61,742 bases of DNA from Phoronis australis (Eukaryota; Animalia; Phoronida). Below the pieces are notes generated by a model that made no database searches, was not told the origin of the DNA, and saw only the letters and a list, made by a program, of their open reading frames with translations. The stretch's first letter is position 1, and the number at the start of each line of letters is the position of its first letter. Position numbers and translations under genes: made by a program. Location: assembly GCA_002633005.1 (NCBI GenBank), contig NMRA01000806.1, positions 75,987 through 137,728 on the forward strand. Direction: 5' to 3'. This document shows, one piece after another, positions 1 through 13,800 of this stretch.

Positions 1-65
1 TTGGGTCCTGGCCCGAGGGGGGGGTTTAAACCCCCTGAACACCCCCCCCCGTAGATCCGCCACTG
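1..65. mobile_element. End of a CAGTGGCGGATC-type MITE cut by the window edge
   Basis: Ends in gatccgccactg, the same terminus as family A; a further terminus is at 20668. Confidence 0.6.
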
Positions 66-1719
66 TGTCCCATTAGAGGTCGACAGGTTTTCGAGCGACA
101 AATGTTGCCATACGATATTTAAGTTGTCTCCCATGCCAAAAATCGTGAGGTTATGTTGAAATATGGGGCCGCAAGACCAACGCCAAGTCGCCATTTATAC
201 TTTAGACAATTACGCTGAATTACTGCTACTTCCCAACATTTAAGAGGAAGTTTACTGGGCCCGGCTTTCACAAACATCTGCTGCAGTGAGATGCCATTCG
301 CCCACTAGCTAGGGCAACCTCAGTGGTTTTTAGGGAATGACTCACGAAATTCAAAATATAGAAAGATGTCAACTAGTATCATGCTAATGGGTAATATTCT
401 TTCAAAGGGCGTAAAAATATACAAGCTACTACACACAAAAATGTACAACACATTAAAGTACATTTAAAAATACTCCAATTGGAATGTTTTGCATAAAAAT
501 TGAAAAACATCTCTTACTTTGTATACATGCAAAACACTTTTCGTTATGCTAACAGTATCTATCAAAACAACATGAAAGCCAATGAAACAGGTTATAGTGA
601 ATTTATAATGTGCAACACAAACAGAACGGGAGACTTCCAAGAAGTAATGACGACTGATCATGTAGGACCAGTGACTCATATCGCCACCTAGCGGCACCAG
701 GAGTTTTTTCTTTGCAGCAGGGTGTAGTATAGGGGAACCGTGACTATGTGAAAATCCTAACTTTTACATTGTATGTGACGTGATGTGCCTTAAACACAAG
801 TTATAAAGTGCCTCTACGTCCTCTAGAACCCACTGGTATCGGGTATGCTATCCGAAAGTCTTCCATTTGAAGTAGCTGATTTTACCTTGTAAAATAATAT
901 GCATAACATTAAATAAATAGCTGGTTAACAAATAATACAACTCAATGAAAAACTTTGTTTAACAAGTAAGAGCAGAGCAAAGCATTGATGTGCATCCATT
1001 CACTGCATGGCAAATAACAAAGATGCAAAGGATTCTCATGATTTCATTCACACTAGAGGGATCCACACTCGTCTAGTAAAGTTGAACTTGATTTTGGGGA
1101 TACAGCCTCATCCCTCTGACAATTCATAGGTGCCACCCTTTAACGAGCAAAGCCGCTAAACTTCAAGAATGTCACTCAAACCGATTGGCAGATATGAGGT
1201 AGACATAAAAAACAGCTGCTTACCAGGTGGAGTGCAGCAACATGCAATTACACTCTCGCATCTTTAACAAAATTAACGTTACTGGCACTCAGAATTGTTT
1301 ATAAATAATCTAACCATAGAACACGAGTTTTCCAAACCACCACTTGCCATTCTCACTCATCTCGTTTGAGACACGTGTCATCTCTTCATCTCTGATTAAA
1401 TAATTGAAACAGTTTATAAAACATATTCAACAAACACATATTAAATACACAACTTATATGAATTGACTGACTGACACGAAAATATCACCTTTTCTTCGAA
1501 CTATCTGATTAGACAACAATTGTCTTGATAAATTATGAGAGCATTAATTTATTCCAATGAGTGCAACAGCAAGGCAAATGAGTGCATATGTCTCCTAAAG
1601 TCAGACACACATCTTTTTTAAGATTATTAAAATACTGAGGCGCAGATGATGTAACTTTCTCAAATGACCAATGTCAACCACCAGTTCAAAGTTTTCTGAG
1701 GACACACCACACAACGTTC

Positions 1720-1878
1720 TCATGCAGTTGGAAGTGGTAAGTAACTTCCTCTTCTGAACTGTCGACTGATCTCTTCAAATGATCTGTTCTTGGTTTCCGG
1801 TACTTGTAGAAATGTATATGTTACAAACACAAGTAGCAGTCCAGTGAACGGAAGCAAACTGAAGTCTCCAAGATTTTG
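1720..1878 (-). CDS. GLUT last coding exon (QNLGDFS...[12 protein letters not shown]...YLPLPTA*)
   Basis: tttcag acceptor, TGA at 1720-1722, 159 nt. Confidence 0.93.
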   Translation of the reverse strand, partial: QNLGDFSLLPFTGLLLVFVTYTFLQVPETKNRSFEEISRQFRRGSYLPLPTA

Positions 1879-4800
1879 CTGAAAAGCAAACGAATCATCA
1901 TGGGTCTTAAACATCTTTATCAACACCATGACAAGAAGCAACCATTCCTCCTCCCAGCTCCCTTCCACCTCCCTGCTCTCTCCCTCCTCCCGACTACCTC
2001 CCTCCCATCTCCTGGCTCCCTCCCTCCTCTTGGCTCCCTCAATCTTCCCTCTGACCTCCTCCCACCACCTCCCTCCCTCCCTCCCTCTCTCCCCTTGACT
2101 ACCTCCGACCTCCTCCCTCCTACATGGTCGTGTTGTACTTTTAAGGTCATTTTTATGAAAAGATTATTAAGTTATACCAAGTATGTTAATATTGAAATTT
2201 CAAAATAATTTACAAGAATTAGCACATGTATGTATTATTTCAGAGTACATACAGTGAATTATGACTCTTAGAAAAAGATTAGTAACTATTATTCACTGTA
2301 CAATGCTGTCTAATATTTACTATGAAATATCTCTTATAGGGGAGATAACTAACAGAAATTTTTACTTGGCTGTGGGATGGTATAAGAAACACATCAGTCC
2401 TACATAAATATGTAATTCTCAAACCAACGTGGAAATGCACAGAGTCTGGTCAGCACACCACTTGTGGCCACATCACGTGACCTAATCAATATAAGTCTGA
2501 AAAGATTTCTGCCCCAATCGGGACCAAATGTTTGCGATATTCAATTTCATGCAAGTTTAAATATACATAAATAAAACAACAAAAATGGATCACTGAAATT
2601 TTCGGATATAATAACATCCTTCGTCAACAGAAACAGAAATAAAGTAAAATCAAACACTATATGACAATTGACATCTGATATATGGCCTAATGAGCATGAT
2701 ACATTGATGCGGAAAAAAGTAATGGATATAATTTAAGAAGTCTTTATGTTCAATCCATTAGGTTCAAGTGTGTTGAGCTTATTTCTCCAAAATTGTTCTC
2801 TTTTGAGTCTGTGAGGGGTACTGGGGTACTGGGGTACTGGGGTATTGGGGTACTGGGGTATTGGGGTACTGGGGTATTGGAGTTTCTCTATTATTTGTAC
2901 AGAAAGATCTTAGTTGTAGATTATGTTTTTTGGAATTGAAATGATTACCTATATTATCAGAAATGTTTTATGTATTATGTTAAATCTATGATTGCGAAAC
3001 CGAGTTAGAAGATTATGCCAGTTTAAGAATTGCATATTTACATACACTCGGGAGTTCAAGTGTGCGATGCACATTACTAATTCCGATTAGATTTCTGTAT
3101 TCAGTGGACTAGTGGGTCTGCACGGTTAGCACTGCGAAGGTTCCGGGTTCGAGTCCCGATTGGGGCAGAAATCTTTTCAGACTAAAATTCATTAGGTCAC
3201 GTGATGTGATCACAGGTGACATGCTGACCAGATATTTGCAAAATGTTTGCAAAGCATAGTATGTACATAAGAACTTTTACATCTCCATCAAACAGGCCCC
3301 TGAAGAATACGAGTATAACAGACTGTATGACCCTGTTTTGAGCAGGAGTATACAATAAAGTGTTGCGTAACCAATCAAATGAGATGACAGAGAAATGACT
3401 TTTAGAAGTACTGATTGCAACTACGCGTTGCTGCACTTACAAGATAAGGGAAGGTGAAGCCAACAAGGAAATTGGCAAACCAGTTGACAAGAACCGATAG
3501 ACTAAGTGCTGACGGACGAGGCCCGGTCTCAAATAGCTCAGCCACTATGAACCATGGGATGGAACCTGAAAGTAAATATTTAAGCATGGGTCATAGGTCA
3601 CCTAAAATTATTTGACTGAAATGACACCTCATGCCCTCATAAAGACCAAAGATTTCCAATTTCTTCTGTGTAGAATAAAAACATGTTTGCCATAGAATAT
3701 CTGACAGCAGAAGCAACCATTAAACTTTAGCATTTTCTCAATATCACTGAGTAAAACTACAAGCGGCAACAAAAAACAAAAATATTGTTTACACTAATCA
3801 GAAGATAAATTCATGTATTCTTTGTCATTTTGATAATTTGTTTTTAAACATGTTAAAATATTTTAATTAAACTCAATAAAGCGTTAGTTATATATTCAAA
3901 TGAGCCCCATCAGCAGGAGCTATGTATACAATCCACAGATATTCACTGAATTACTGTGGAGACACATACCTGGCCCAACTCCAAATCCAACTATAAACAG
4001 CACTATACTGGCTATTGCTAGCCAGGTAACCTGAAAGAACAAACCACGCACTTACAAAGCATGCTGACTGTCATTGCATAAAAGCAAAAGACTATCACGA
4101 TGACTGAAAAAAATAAAAACATAGTCATTCACACCTTCAGTTGAAAATATCCACCAACTTAAAATTCACCAATCAATAAGAAATTTTAAATCTCATGAAT
4201 TTAAAGTGCAGCTATAAAATCACCTTCCGTTACAAAAACAAAATTTAATTTAGACCCCTAACCGGAGAGAAATTGTCCTCAAAATACTTTTTAATCAAAA
4301 TACACGTGATCTCTGACAGTTCATTAAATACTTGAGAACAGGTTATACAAGTTGACTTGCCAACATATGTAGTCTCAAGCTAGACCAACTTTCACTTCTC
4401 TTCTGGGTAAGGAACAACTCGTGACTGTACCATGTTTATAGCGTTAAGTGATCTTAATCAAAAGTCAGTTTCACCGACGGAATTTAGGTTTCTTGCTGCT
4501 TTAAGGTTATGCAACACTAGAAAAATGTTCAAATTCGGCTAACTTTGGAACATCACGTCATCTAAGAAATGGCCGATTGAATTCATACATACATGCCATG
4601 CTGCACTATTTTGCAAAACGCTGTAAGGAACAAATTGTTTATAAGATGTTCCACTTTTGCATGAGGGGCTATCAAAAATGGAAGTTTTATGACTTTGTGA
4701 AAAAACTCAAAAGATGCATAAAGTCAAAACAAAATGATATTTGGCCATGTTATTGATTCTCTTGTTTTTGCCATGACTGTATCTTTCTTTTTTGCTCAGT

Positions 4801-7800
4801 TTTACTAATTAAGAGATATGACTACATCACCCAGCTAATGGCAGACTGGTATCAAATAATAAAATATTATAGTTGTGTACATGTCTGACTAAATGTGAAG
4901 ATTTTTCCGAAACATTCTACATAACCTTAAATTTATCAAACACCTGTTGCAATACAGCCCTGATATACGTACGTTATTAAATGGTCAGAAAAGTACACAG
5001 TGAATTTTGATGACAAACTAAACAACTACACGCTTAGCAATCTTGGTGTATAAACCCTCACGTCTAAAGAATTCTAAGTGGTATACAGCAAAAATCTGAT
5101 ATGGTATTAGTTCTATCGTGCACAAAAATAATTGCCAAAATTGTCATTGCTCTATTGTCAAAGTTTAATTACATGCTGTTTTGTGACATCTATACAGTAA
5201 CCAAAGCTAACAATAGGCTAAAATTTTGAAGTTTGATTTTTATTTTGTTTGAAAATTTGACAAAAAATAAAACTACCTGACAAAGTACCAGATATAAAGT
5301 ACAACATTTGTACTAGAGTTTTATATGCCCATTAACAATATACAATTAATGCATTTGAAGTTGGGTTTTGCCCTTGTTCAAATGCTTTTTCATGTCCTGA
5401 ATCTCGATATAAAAATCACTGGTACAAACGTGTACGTTGTATGACACGTGTTTTTAAAAAGACACAGAAGACGCACGTCCACCGTACAGCTGAATCGGTG
5501 CACAAAACCCACACCAGAGGTCACTATGGTCTCTTGAACCTAACCAGTTCCAATGTAATATAACATGATACCTTTTCTGCAGAGCCAACAGTATACAAAG
5601 CTCCAGCCACCATCATCACTGACAGTCCCACAAGGTGGAGTGTGCGTCTGCCAGCTCTATCCATCAAAACAGCTGCCACCATCGTCATGAGCACATTTAC
5701 TCCACTTGTTGCCAGAGTACAATACTGGGCAGCCAGTTCATTGTTCAGAGTTCTGCTAAACACTGACGTGGAATAATATATGATCTGAAAACAAAACCAA
5801 CACCTGAAAGTTCTCTACAGTACAGTACGAGCTTCACAAAGTCACGTGACTACCTAAAGGTGAATTGCTTTGTGAATACAATTCTTTGTGTGATTATTAA
5901 TAATTTCTAAAACTGGTTGCCCAAGTTTAAATTAGTAACTAAAAACAAGTTTGAAGTAGTGTGAAAGTCAGAAACAAATATCCGGCACTGTCCTTAAATT
6001 ATAAAACAGACACACAAGCATATCATGTTCTTACAGCGACTCCTAGAATACAGCAAGGCATTTGGATACTCCTCATAACTCACTATCTGTTTGTTATTTT
6101 AATATTTATAACGGTAATCTTGCACATGCATATACCACTGAGACTCTAGATGCATGTAGATGTGATTATGAATACCATGTATAAGTGCACTCAGTATATA
6201 TGCAAAATGTTTGACACCCAGCTATAATGCCTCTCAGTGCTTTCTGGGTTTAAGTACAACTATTGTACATTACATTTTCCATAATAAACATTTATTAAAA
6301 CAAACTATCATACAAGTCTGGGTTACAGACCAGGCGCTTAAATTGGGAAATTAGTATCTACAAATAAAAATTTTGGGATGAGTGTTACACAACCGAACGA
6401 TCAACTTACTCACATAAATACCTTCACCATTGATTGTACACAAGTACAATAATACCATTATGCACGTGAGCCAAAAGAACATTTGTAAGTCTCCTTGAAA
6501 AGTAAATACAGGGTAATGTAAGGCAAGGTGCCACTGCAACTGACACCCATTACCTCAAAGACAAGTGAGTTACGTACAGTAATTATTGTGTGAGAGAATT
6601 CTTACGAGACGGGCATTTGCAGAGTCACTTGCTCAGAAATGTCTATGATAATAAGTGCAGGTGGACACATAGCCGAGTATGGATGTTTAAATATGAAAAT
6701 TTTGGGGGTGGGTATTAAGCGACACATGGACGTTACTACAGCCAAGTGCAGTATATGTTTCACATGTCATTTTCAACTTTGAATTTAATCACTCGAATCA
6801 CAAACTCACTGCATTAATCCCTGAGAGCTGTTGAGAACATTGCAGAACTAGAGATATTACCAAAGGTCTCCTGTAAACACCCCGGCGGAAAAGGTCGATC
6901 ATTTTAACCTGCAATAAAATAAAACAAGCTCAAAATGATAACATGGACACTATTACAGGTTTACCTTAAGAATTAACCTGTTTACATGACATAATTTAAT
7001 CATTGATTGATTGTGTGTTTAGGAGTCATCGAGCAATCTTCGACTGGCCATATCACATGAAAGGCCAGTTAGTCACACATTTAGTTTTCTTTCAGCTGAG
7101 GCGTTTTGGGAGGATTTTGCATAGTTTATGTATCCAGTTCCAGAAGATGCTCAGTTTGGAGTCCTGACAAACCATGAACTAAACTACGTCTCTTGAGCTC
7201 CAGAAAACAAGACTACTGTAGCAGTCAGGCTCACTGGGAACAAGACAGGTGACAATCCAACTGGGTTCCTCCCAAAAGATGGTATTTCAAAACAATCTGA
7301 AACTCTGGTCCAAACTTGGGTTTGCATAAACCCCAAGGAGGTTTATAATCACTATTTCATCAATTTTTAAATACCACTCGTAGTTCCTTAGTTCACATTT
7401 ACTTCCCAGTACTTTTTCTAAATCAGCTCTCAGCAGGCAACTCTGGTTCCAAATACATGTTTTTTCAATTGTAAAGATAACAGTCACATGTACATGGCAC
7501 TAAACTAAACGCTTAGCATGATCACTGTTAACTGTGATTAGTACAGTTAACAGACTCAGGAGGTAAAGTGTGCGGCCTGTACAACATCAATACATACTGA
7601 GAAATGAAAGTATGTGACACAAGTAACTATGACAGACATGACAGGGTGAACTGGGACATCTGCAGATGTACAATACAAACCACAAAGGCAATTTAAGAGA
7701 TATGCAAGGAACCAGGGTAACAGACAGGGAACTGAAAATGAAAACAGCTGATACGTACAGGTTCTAAATGTGATTAAGCACAAAGTTTCTAAACCATTGT

Positions 7801-10800
7801 GACAGCAAATCAATTAATACTATTTTTTACACCTTAATATGATTGCAAACACAGTAATTACAAATTACAAATACTCAACAGATGGCGTCACATTAAACCA
7901 AACATGTACTCACCTGAACAGTATTTTGCATACTCCTTTGTTCTTGAAGTATCTCATCCAGCTCATCATCAACTCTTTGACTTCCTCTCAAAAGCACCAG
8001 ACCTGTTGGTTATAGATAACAATTCACTGCCAGTGCTGCGAGTGTAACCTGTGTGGAATATTGGTTAGCAAACAACATGCATATGATATGTACTGATACT
8101 GTATTCTTAACAGACGTAATCCCTTCATCCGTATTAACTGTCCTAAAAGAGACATTCTATCTTCAAAGACAAATTCCTGTTGCTTTTAGATTCTACAAAG
8201 GTTGGGTATCTCCTGAAGACAATTTGAACTCATCTAAGGACATTCATCGCAGATAGGTAGAAGACTGATACGACATATTGTGAAAAGGACAAAGATAACG
8301 TTAAACTATAAACCAAATAAGGAAGGAAACTGTGACATGATTTTACCGCCATCTTTGTTCTAACCCTTGACGCTGCTCTATGGGAACTTACATTAGGTAA
8401 AATGTTGTAACGGGAAAATCACCAGTTAAACTCTGTTTTAGAACACATGGCTACGGTAATGCATATGGTTCATACATTTTAAAAAGTTAGTTTTGTTGAA
8501 TTTTGCCAGTTTGAACAAATGCTAGTGTAAAGGGAAAGGCCACCAACATTCTGTTGCAAGGGGGGGTGACGTAATCACTGCATGTCTCGATTGGAACTGG
8601 CATATATAACTAAGCAGTTTGCACACCAGCAAAGAAACCCCGTCGCTATCAGTACAATCTAGTTGATAATGCATCTGGGACCATCACAATGAGGCTTGTC
8701 TGTCAATACACATACTACAATCTCAAAAGCACATTCATTGGCAGGGGTGGTAAAAGGGACATCATCAGTACTACGACAGAAAAATTGATTTTTGGGATTA
8801 TTATGTGACTTTTTGGGTCAGGATAGACTTTGCAAAATTGTTAGCTTTGATCAGAGTGAGAAGACAAATGAACAAAATTCGTTGCTTTTGCTGTTGTCTC
8901 ACAAACACTTTTTGCTGAAATCATGGCCAGTGTCTTTACCAATAAAATATTCTTAAAATTCTCTGTCATTTATCAGTGAGATTTAACTCCTCCATTTGGG
9001 CATTAGACTGTGACCGCGGGGGTTCCAGGTTTTATTAGCAGTGAGACTGGTGACTTTTCTCACACTGATGATGTCACGTCGGCGATAAAATCCATTTTCT
9101 GAAATCAGCTTCAGAGCAGATTCGAACCTGGAAAATGCTTTGCTAAATCGCACTTGATAACAGACAGCATATTTTAAGGTAATCAAAAGCATTGATTTCC
9201 ACGAAATTTTGGTAGAAATCAGCGAGAAATAATACAAGAGAAACGCGAATTGTTGATATGCAGCCAGAGTGTGCATCAGATACTGTACAGATACAAGAAA
9301 TGATCATTATTTTAATTACCGCTAAACAGAGCAATGCTAGTCAATTTAATAACTGCCACTGCAAATCAAACGAAAAGTCGTCAAGCTCGTCCCAAGGTGT
9401 TGACAACTCACCTGCTTTGGCAGCAGTCACGTCATTTTTATTGATGACCAGATGTAGTGGTGATTCAGGACAAAATGGCATCAGGATGATCTGAATAAGA
9501 GCGGGACCAGCTGTAATACCTGGATGAAAAGACACATCATTTACAGACTAAATCCATTAACGAAATTCATGCGTTTTTTCCACGAAAGATTGCATTTTCA
9601 AGCCACAGTCCCAACTGAACCATACACTGAAACATCAAAGGACTAACACACCAATGCTTTCATCTACAGGAATAATTAAACGTCAATGACTCAAATTTTT
9701 GATTTAGATGACATACCGTTACAAAACTGGTTTCAACTTGTTTCTTACTCGGATGAGAAAACTTCTGTGCTTGCAAAGAACTGGCACATCAATTGACATG
9801 CCACGACAAGCCAACCCTTAGAGTTTGGTCCCAAGCAATGATCTGTTGATTTATTCGGAGCCTAAAAATCACTTTTAATTTGACTTAGGAACAGTTTTGA
9901 CACTAATTATATAATGGTGTGGAGTCTAAAACAAAAGCTGGTCTTCATTATGGGAGGAGGGTTAATTACCACTTGGTGAGGCTTTATTAATGTGATGATT
10001 TCAGTTCATACACAGCAATGAACAACACAGCATAATTTAATGGTGAATTTTCAGTCATATCACAATTATTATGCTTTTAGTTCACTAGTCAACATGCCCA
10101 GATTCCCAACAGGCTATACCCAACAACCAGCATAAATATGGCTGGATATAAAAACTGTCATTGGGTAAATGATTGTAATTAGAGAAAATCTTCATCATTT
10201 TTTCAGAAACATTTAAGATGGAAATTATGTTGTGCATATTAGAAGTAACATGTTGTGAACCGCTGACTATCAATTAAAGAAGACTTCCAAAAGTTCTCTG
10301 ACTTGTTCCTCAAGCCTGTTTTCCATGCATCCATAAAAAGTTTTAATAAGGATTTAACCACTTTGTCAAGTACTCAGAATGTTTATTACAGAAAACTTTC
10401 ATGTACCCGTGCACTGTTCACATAGAGGGCACTGTAAGTGGAAATTAAAGTTGTATAATTGGGATTTACACAAAAGTTAATTAAAGTTGCTCATTTGAAA
10501 TGCTTCAAGGTGTTATAAACGCAAATTGACTGACTACTGGAAAAGTTACTAAATGACAGGTTCTCATTGCTCAAAAATCTAACTAGTCACACTCATCATA
10601 ACTAGATAAATAAATAACAGTCTGCTGCCTACCAAAAAGTATCATAAGATCTGTTGTGTCCCGTCCCAGCACAGACTTTAGTCCGAGACCTTGAGAGATT
10701 AGCACACCAGTCACTATGGCTAGTTGATTGAGGGTCCCCGACAGACCCCTCAGGGACATGGGTGAAATTTCCGAAAGGTAGAGGGGGCCAAGACCAGTGC

Positions 10801-13800
10801 TCAGACCTAGCAAATAAACAAGTCGTGTCATTTCAGGTGCAATCTCAGTAAGTCCTTCTCAATAAATAGAAAAGTAGAACAAGTTAAAAACTTTGACCGG
10901 GTTTTGTCTCCACGGTGACACACTGATTTCCTCAAAACAGATGGAAAAAACAAATGAGCTAATTTATCCATGTCTTCATCTACAACAGGCCTTTATGCAG
11001 CGTATGTCCATTTGGACGCCCTAGCACTAAACTGGACGCCCTGGCAAGGACGCCCAATGTATCAATTGGACGCCCACTGTCAATTGGAACCTTTCAAGTT
11101 TGGACTCACACATTGTAATGAATACTAGGAATCCTCTGAAGGCTCAGAGTGGGGGCTCTTTTTCAAAGCAGGAAGAAATATACAATGTATATACAAAGTA
11201 TATAAAATGTTGCTATGCTCACACTTGGTTGATAGCATTGTAAAAGTCTTACATTTTTTTAGTAAAAATGCTCACTACAGTAGGCTGTTTTGTAAACTTA
11301 GATGTAAAAACAGCTTGGTCTATGCATTTTTTTGTAAACAAATCTGTGTGTTTGGGGGGATTGCTGGGGGTGGGGGTTTACGCGTTGGAATCATGGACGC
11401 CCTGGAATATTGGGAACCCCATTTTGGACACCCTATTTTCAAAATCCTGGATAAAGGCCTGTTCTGCAACAAAAATGTACACAACAAATAAATTTAATAC
11501 AAATGCCAATACAAATTTCATTCATGTCTATTCATTATCTGTACAAAAACAAAGGTTACCACAGAGACACTAACCACAATTAAAGCCCACAACAAAGCGT
11601 GCAGCAATCAGTAATTCAAACACTTCGAAAGCAATTGACGCAGCAGCCATCCCTGTCCCCAGGAAGAGTACAATGTTATTGAGGAGGATTGCACCTTTTC
11701 TGTAACAAAGCAGTAAGTAAACACAAGACTGTCAGCCACAGCCACAGCACAAAATATCATTGGTACATATGTATCATCAAATGAGTTGCTACTAGTGCGG
11801 GCAGAACATACAGTAACCTCCGCAATCCACATGAGCAACATTAACAGTATGCTTCAGGGGTGTTCATTAATGTCATAAATCTGGGCATAAGGTGGCGCAT
11901 AGTACATGTCCCCGTAGACTGTTATGATTCATTGCGACCATTCATTCATTATGTAGACTAACTGAAGTCATGTTCCCATGCATATTCATGTGCAGATCAC
12001 AGTAATAAGAGTTAAAACCAAAAAGTAAGTCTAGAAGTCATTATATCTGAGCGTACATGTACAGAAAACTGAGAGCATACTAGTAATGTCAACAATTTGA
12101 TTATCATTGTACACAATGGCTTATTGCCAGGAACTCATTTTCATAATCCCACAGTGAAAGCTACTTGTATGAAGGTTTTACTTTATCTTTCAGTCACTTA
12201 AACTTTTGAGCTTTTTTTGGACACACGTAATCCTAAGAGGACGTTGCTTCAGCCTGCCATAAGACCAATTACGTAAGACTCATTTGCTGCAAAATCGTTC
12301 ATAAACAAATTGATAGTCAATTTGCATTATTAGGATCAAAGTTTGCTCGCAGAGGAAAGTTGTGCTCGTAAATATTTTAATTTGGTTATGCATTTTGCAA
12401 GAATGTACACTAAATTATTAATTATCGCTGTCCACTAATTTAAAGCACCATGCACATACATAGGGAATCTTTGAACATCAACTTTTGATTTTCACTAGAT
12501 TGCACATTTCAAACAAGGATTGCTAGGCACAGTCACACCACAATGAATTCAATAAACAAAACGAAACATGCAAAATAATTGCATGATTCATGATTCAATG
12601 TACATTATGTTTAAGAGTTTCAAATTGATGCAACTTCCAAAATGGTAAATCTAATGTGCACAATGGGTGACCCAAAACAGAGTGTATCAGTGGTGTGCCT
12701 TTGCAGTGCACTACATATATCAAGGTCTGTTTACAGTTGATTATATCCAAACAATTAGCTTTTCGGCTCAATTAGCTTTCCAGTAAATTACAGTTCTTTG
12801 CCTGTCATGACAAACAGCTCTTGTGACGGTCAATTCTGCATACACTCAACCGCCACAGCAGGAAATTTTACTTGTGCTCATCCATCATGGCAGAGAATTA
12901 CCAGTCAATTTTGTTTGCTTTCTTTTGCCTTGTATTGTAGGTGGTGTTAATGTCAATTCTTACCTTCCATATTTGTTAGCGAAGAAGCCAGCAGACAATC
13001 CTCCAAACATACCTCCAATGCAGAAGATGGATACAGTAAGTGACCATAGCCATGTGATGAGGCTGTCAGACACACCTGAGCTGTTAGAAGAGGTCAACAG
13101 GTAGTGACCGCTTTGATTGTGATACGACTCGTTGATAAACTGCTTGATTATCTGTAGAGACAAGTAAATAATGACTTAAATAAATACAAAATCATAAACA
13201 GAAAAGAACTTTATTCATAGATGGGGTCTAAAGCTAGTTGACATTTATAGACTCTTGACAAAGCCACTGATATTCGGAAATCTGACATATAATCCCACAT
13301 TCTGTAAAACACTGTTTAGACCACTTATCACAGGGCCCTCAATGTCTCACTTTTGGGGGTAAATATTGGCCAAAAAATTCTCCTCCAATTATTAAAAAAA
13401 TCACTCTCAAGGTTAAACTATAACCAAGAACAGATATCTCTTCTTGCTATAACTTCTTTATATACAAAGCGTTAAGTTTTGGCTAATTGAGACATTGCTG
13501 ATGAGGGTGACCAGGAGGAGAATTGGCGGCACTGTGGCAGCAATTTTCCCCTCAACCAAAAATTGCCCTCTCAGAAAATACAGGCACCTCCCCCATCCCG
13601 CTCAGGTAAACAATGGCTCTTGTATAAACACTGTAAAATTGGTTTCAGGTTTCTCAGATAAGACATGACTCTGAGCTTGGTAAAAAAGTAACCAAATTAC
13701 ACTATACATAGTAGTACTAGTATACACTGTATTCCGGAAGAAGATGAGCCTTACATAAAAATAACTAGCAAGGTGGAAATAAGCCACACATTGACAATTA

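Noticed and set aside
1876-2208. Pro/Leu/Ser-rich and Gly/Arg-rich ORFs
   Set aside because: Artefacts of the CT-rich low-complexity tract in a GLUT intron.
3095-3185. Functional tRNA gene
   Set aside because: The T-arm/B-box is present but I cannot fold a proper acceptor stem or D-arm; more consistent with a SINE head.
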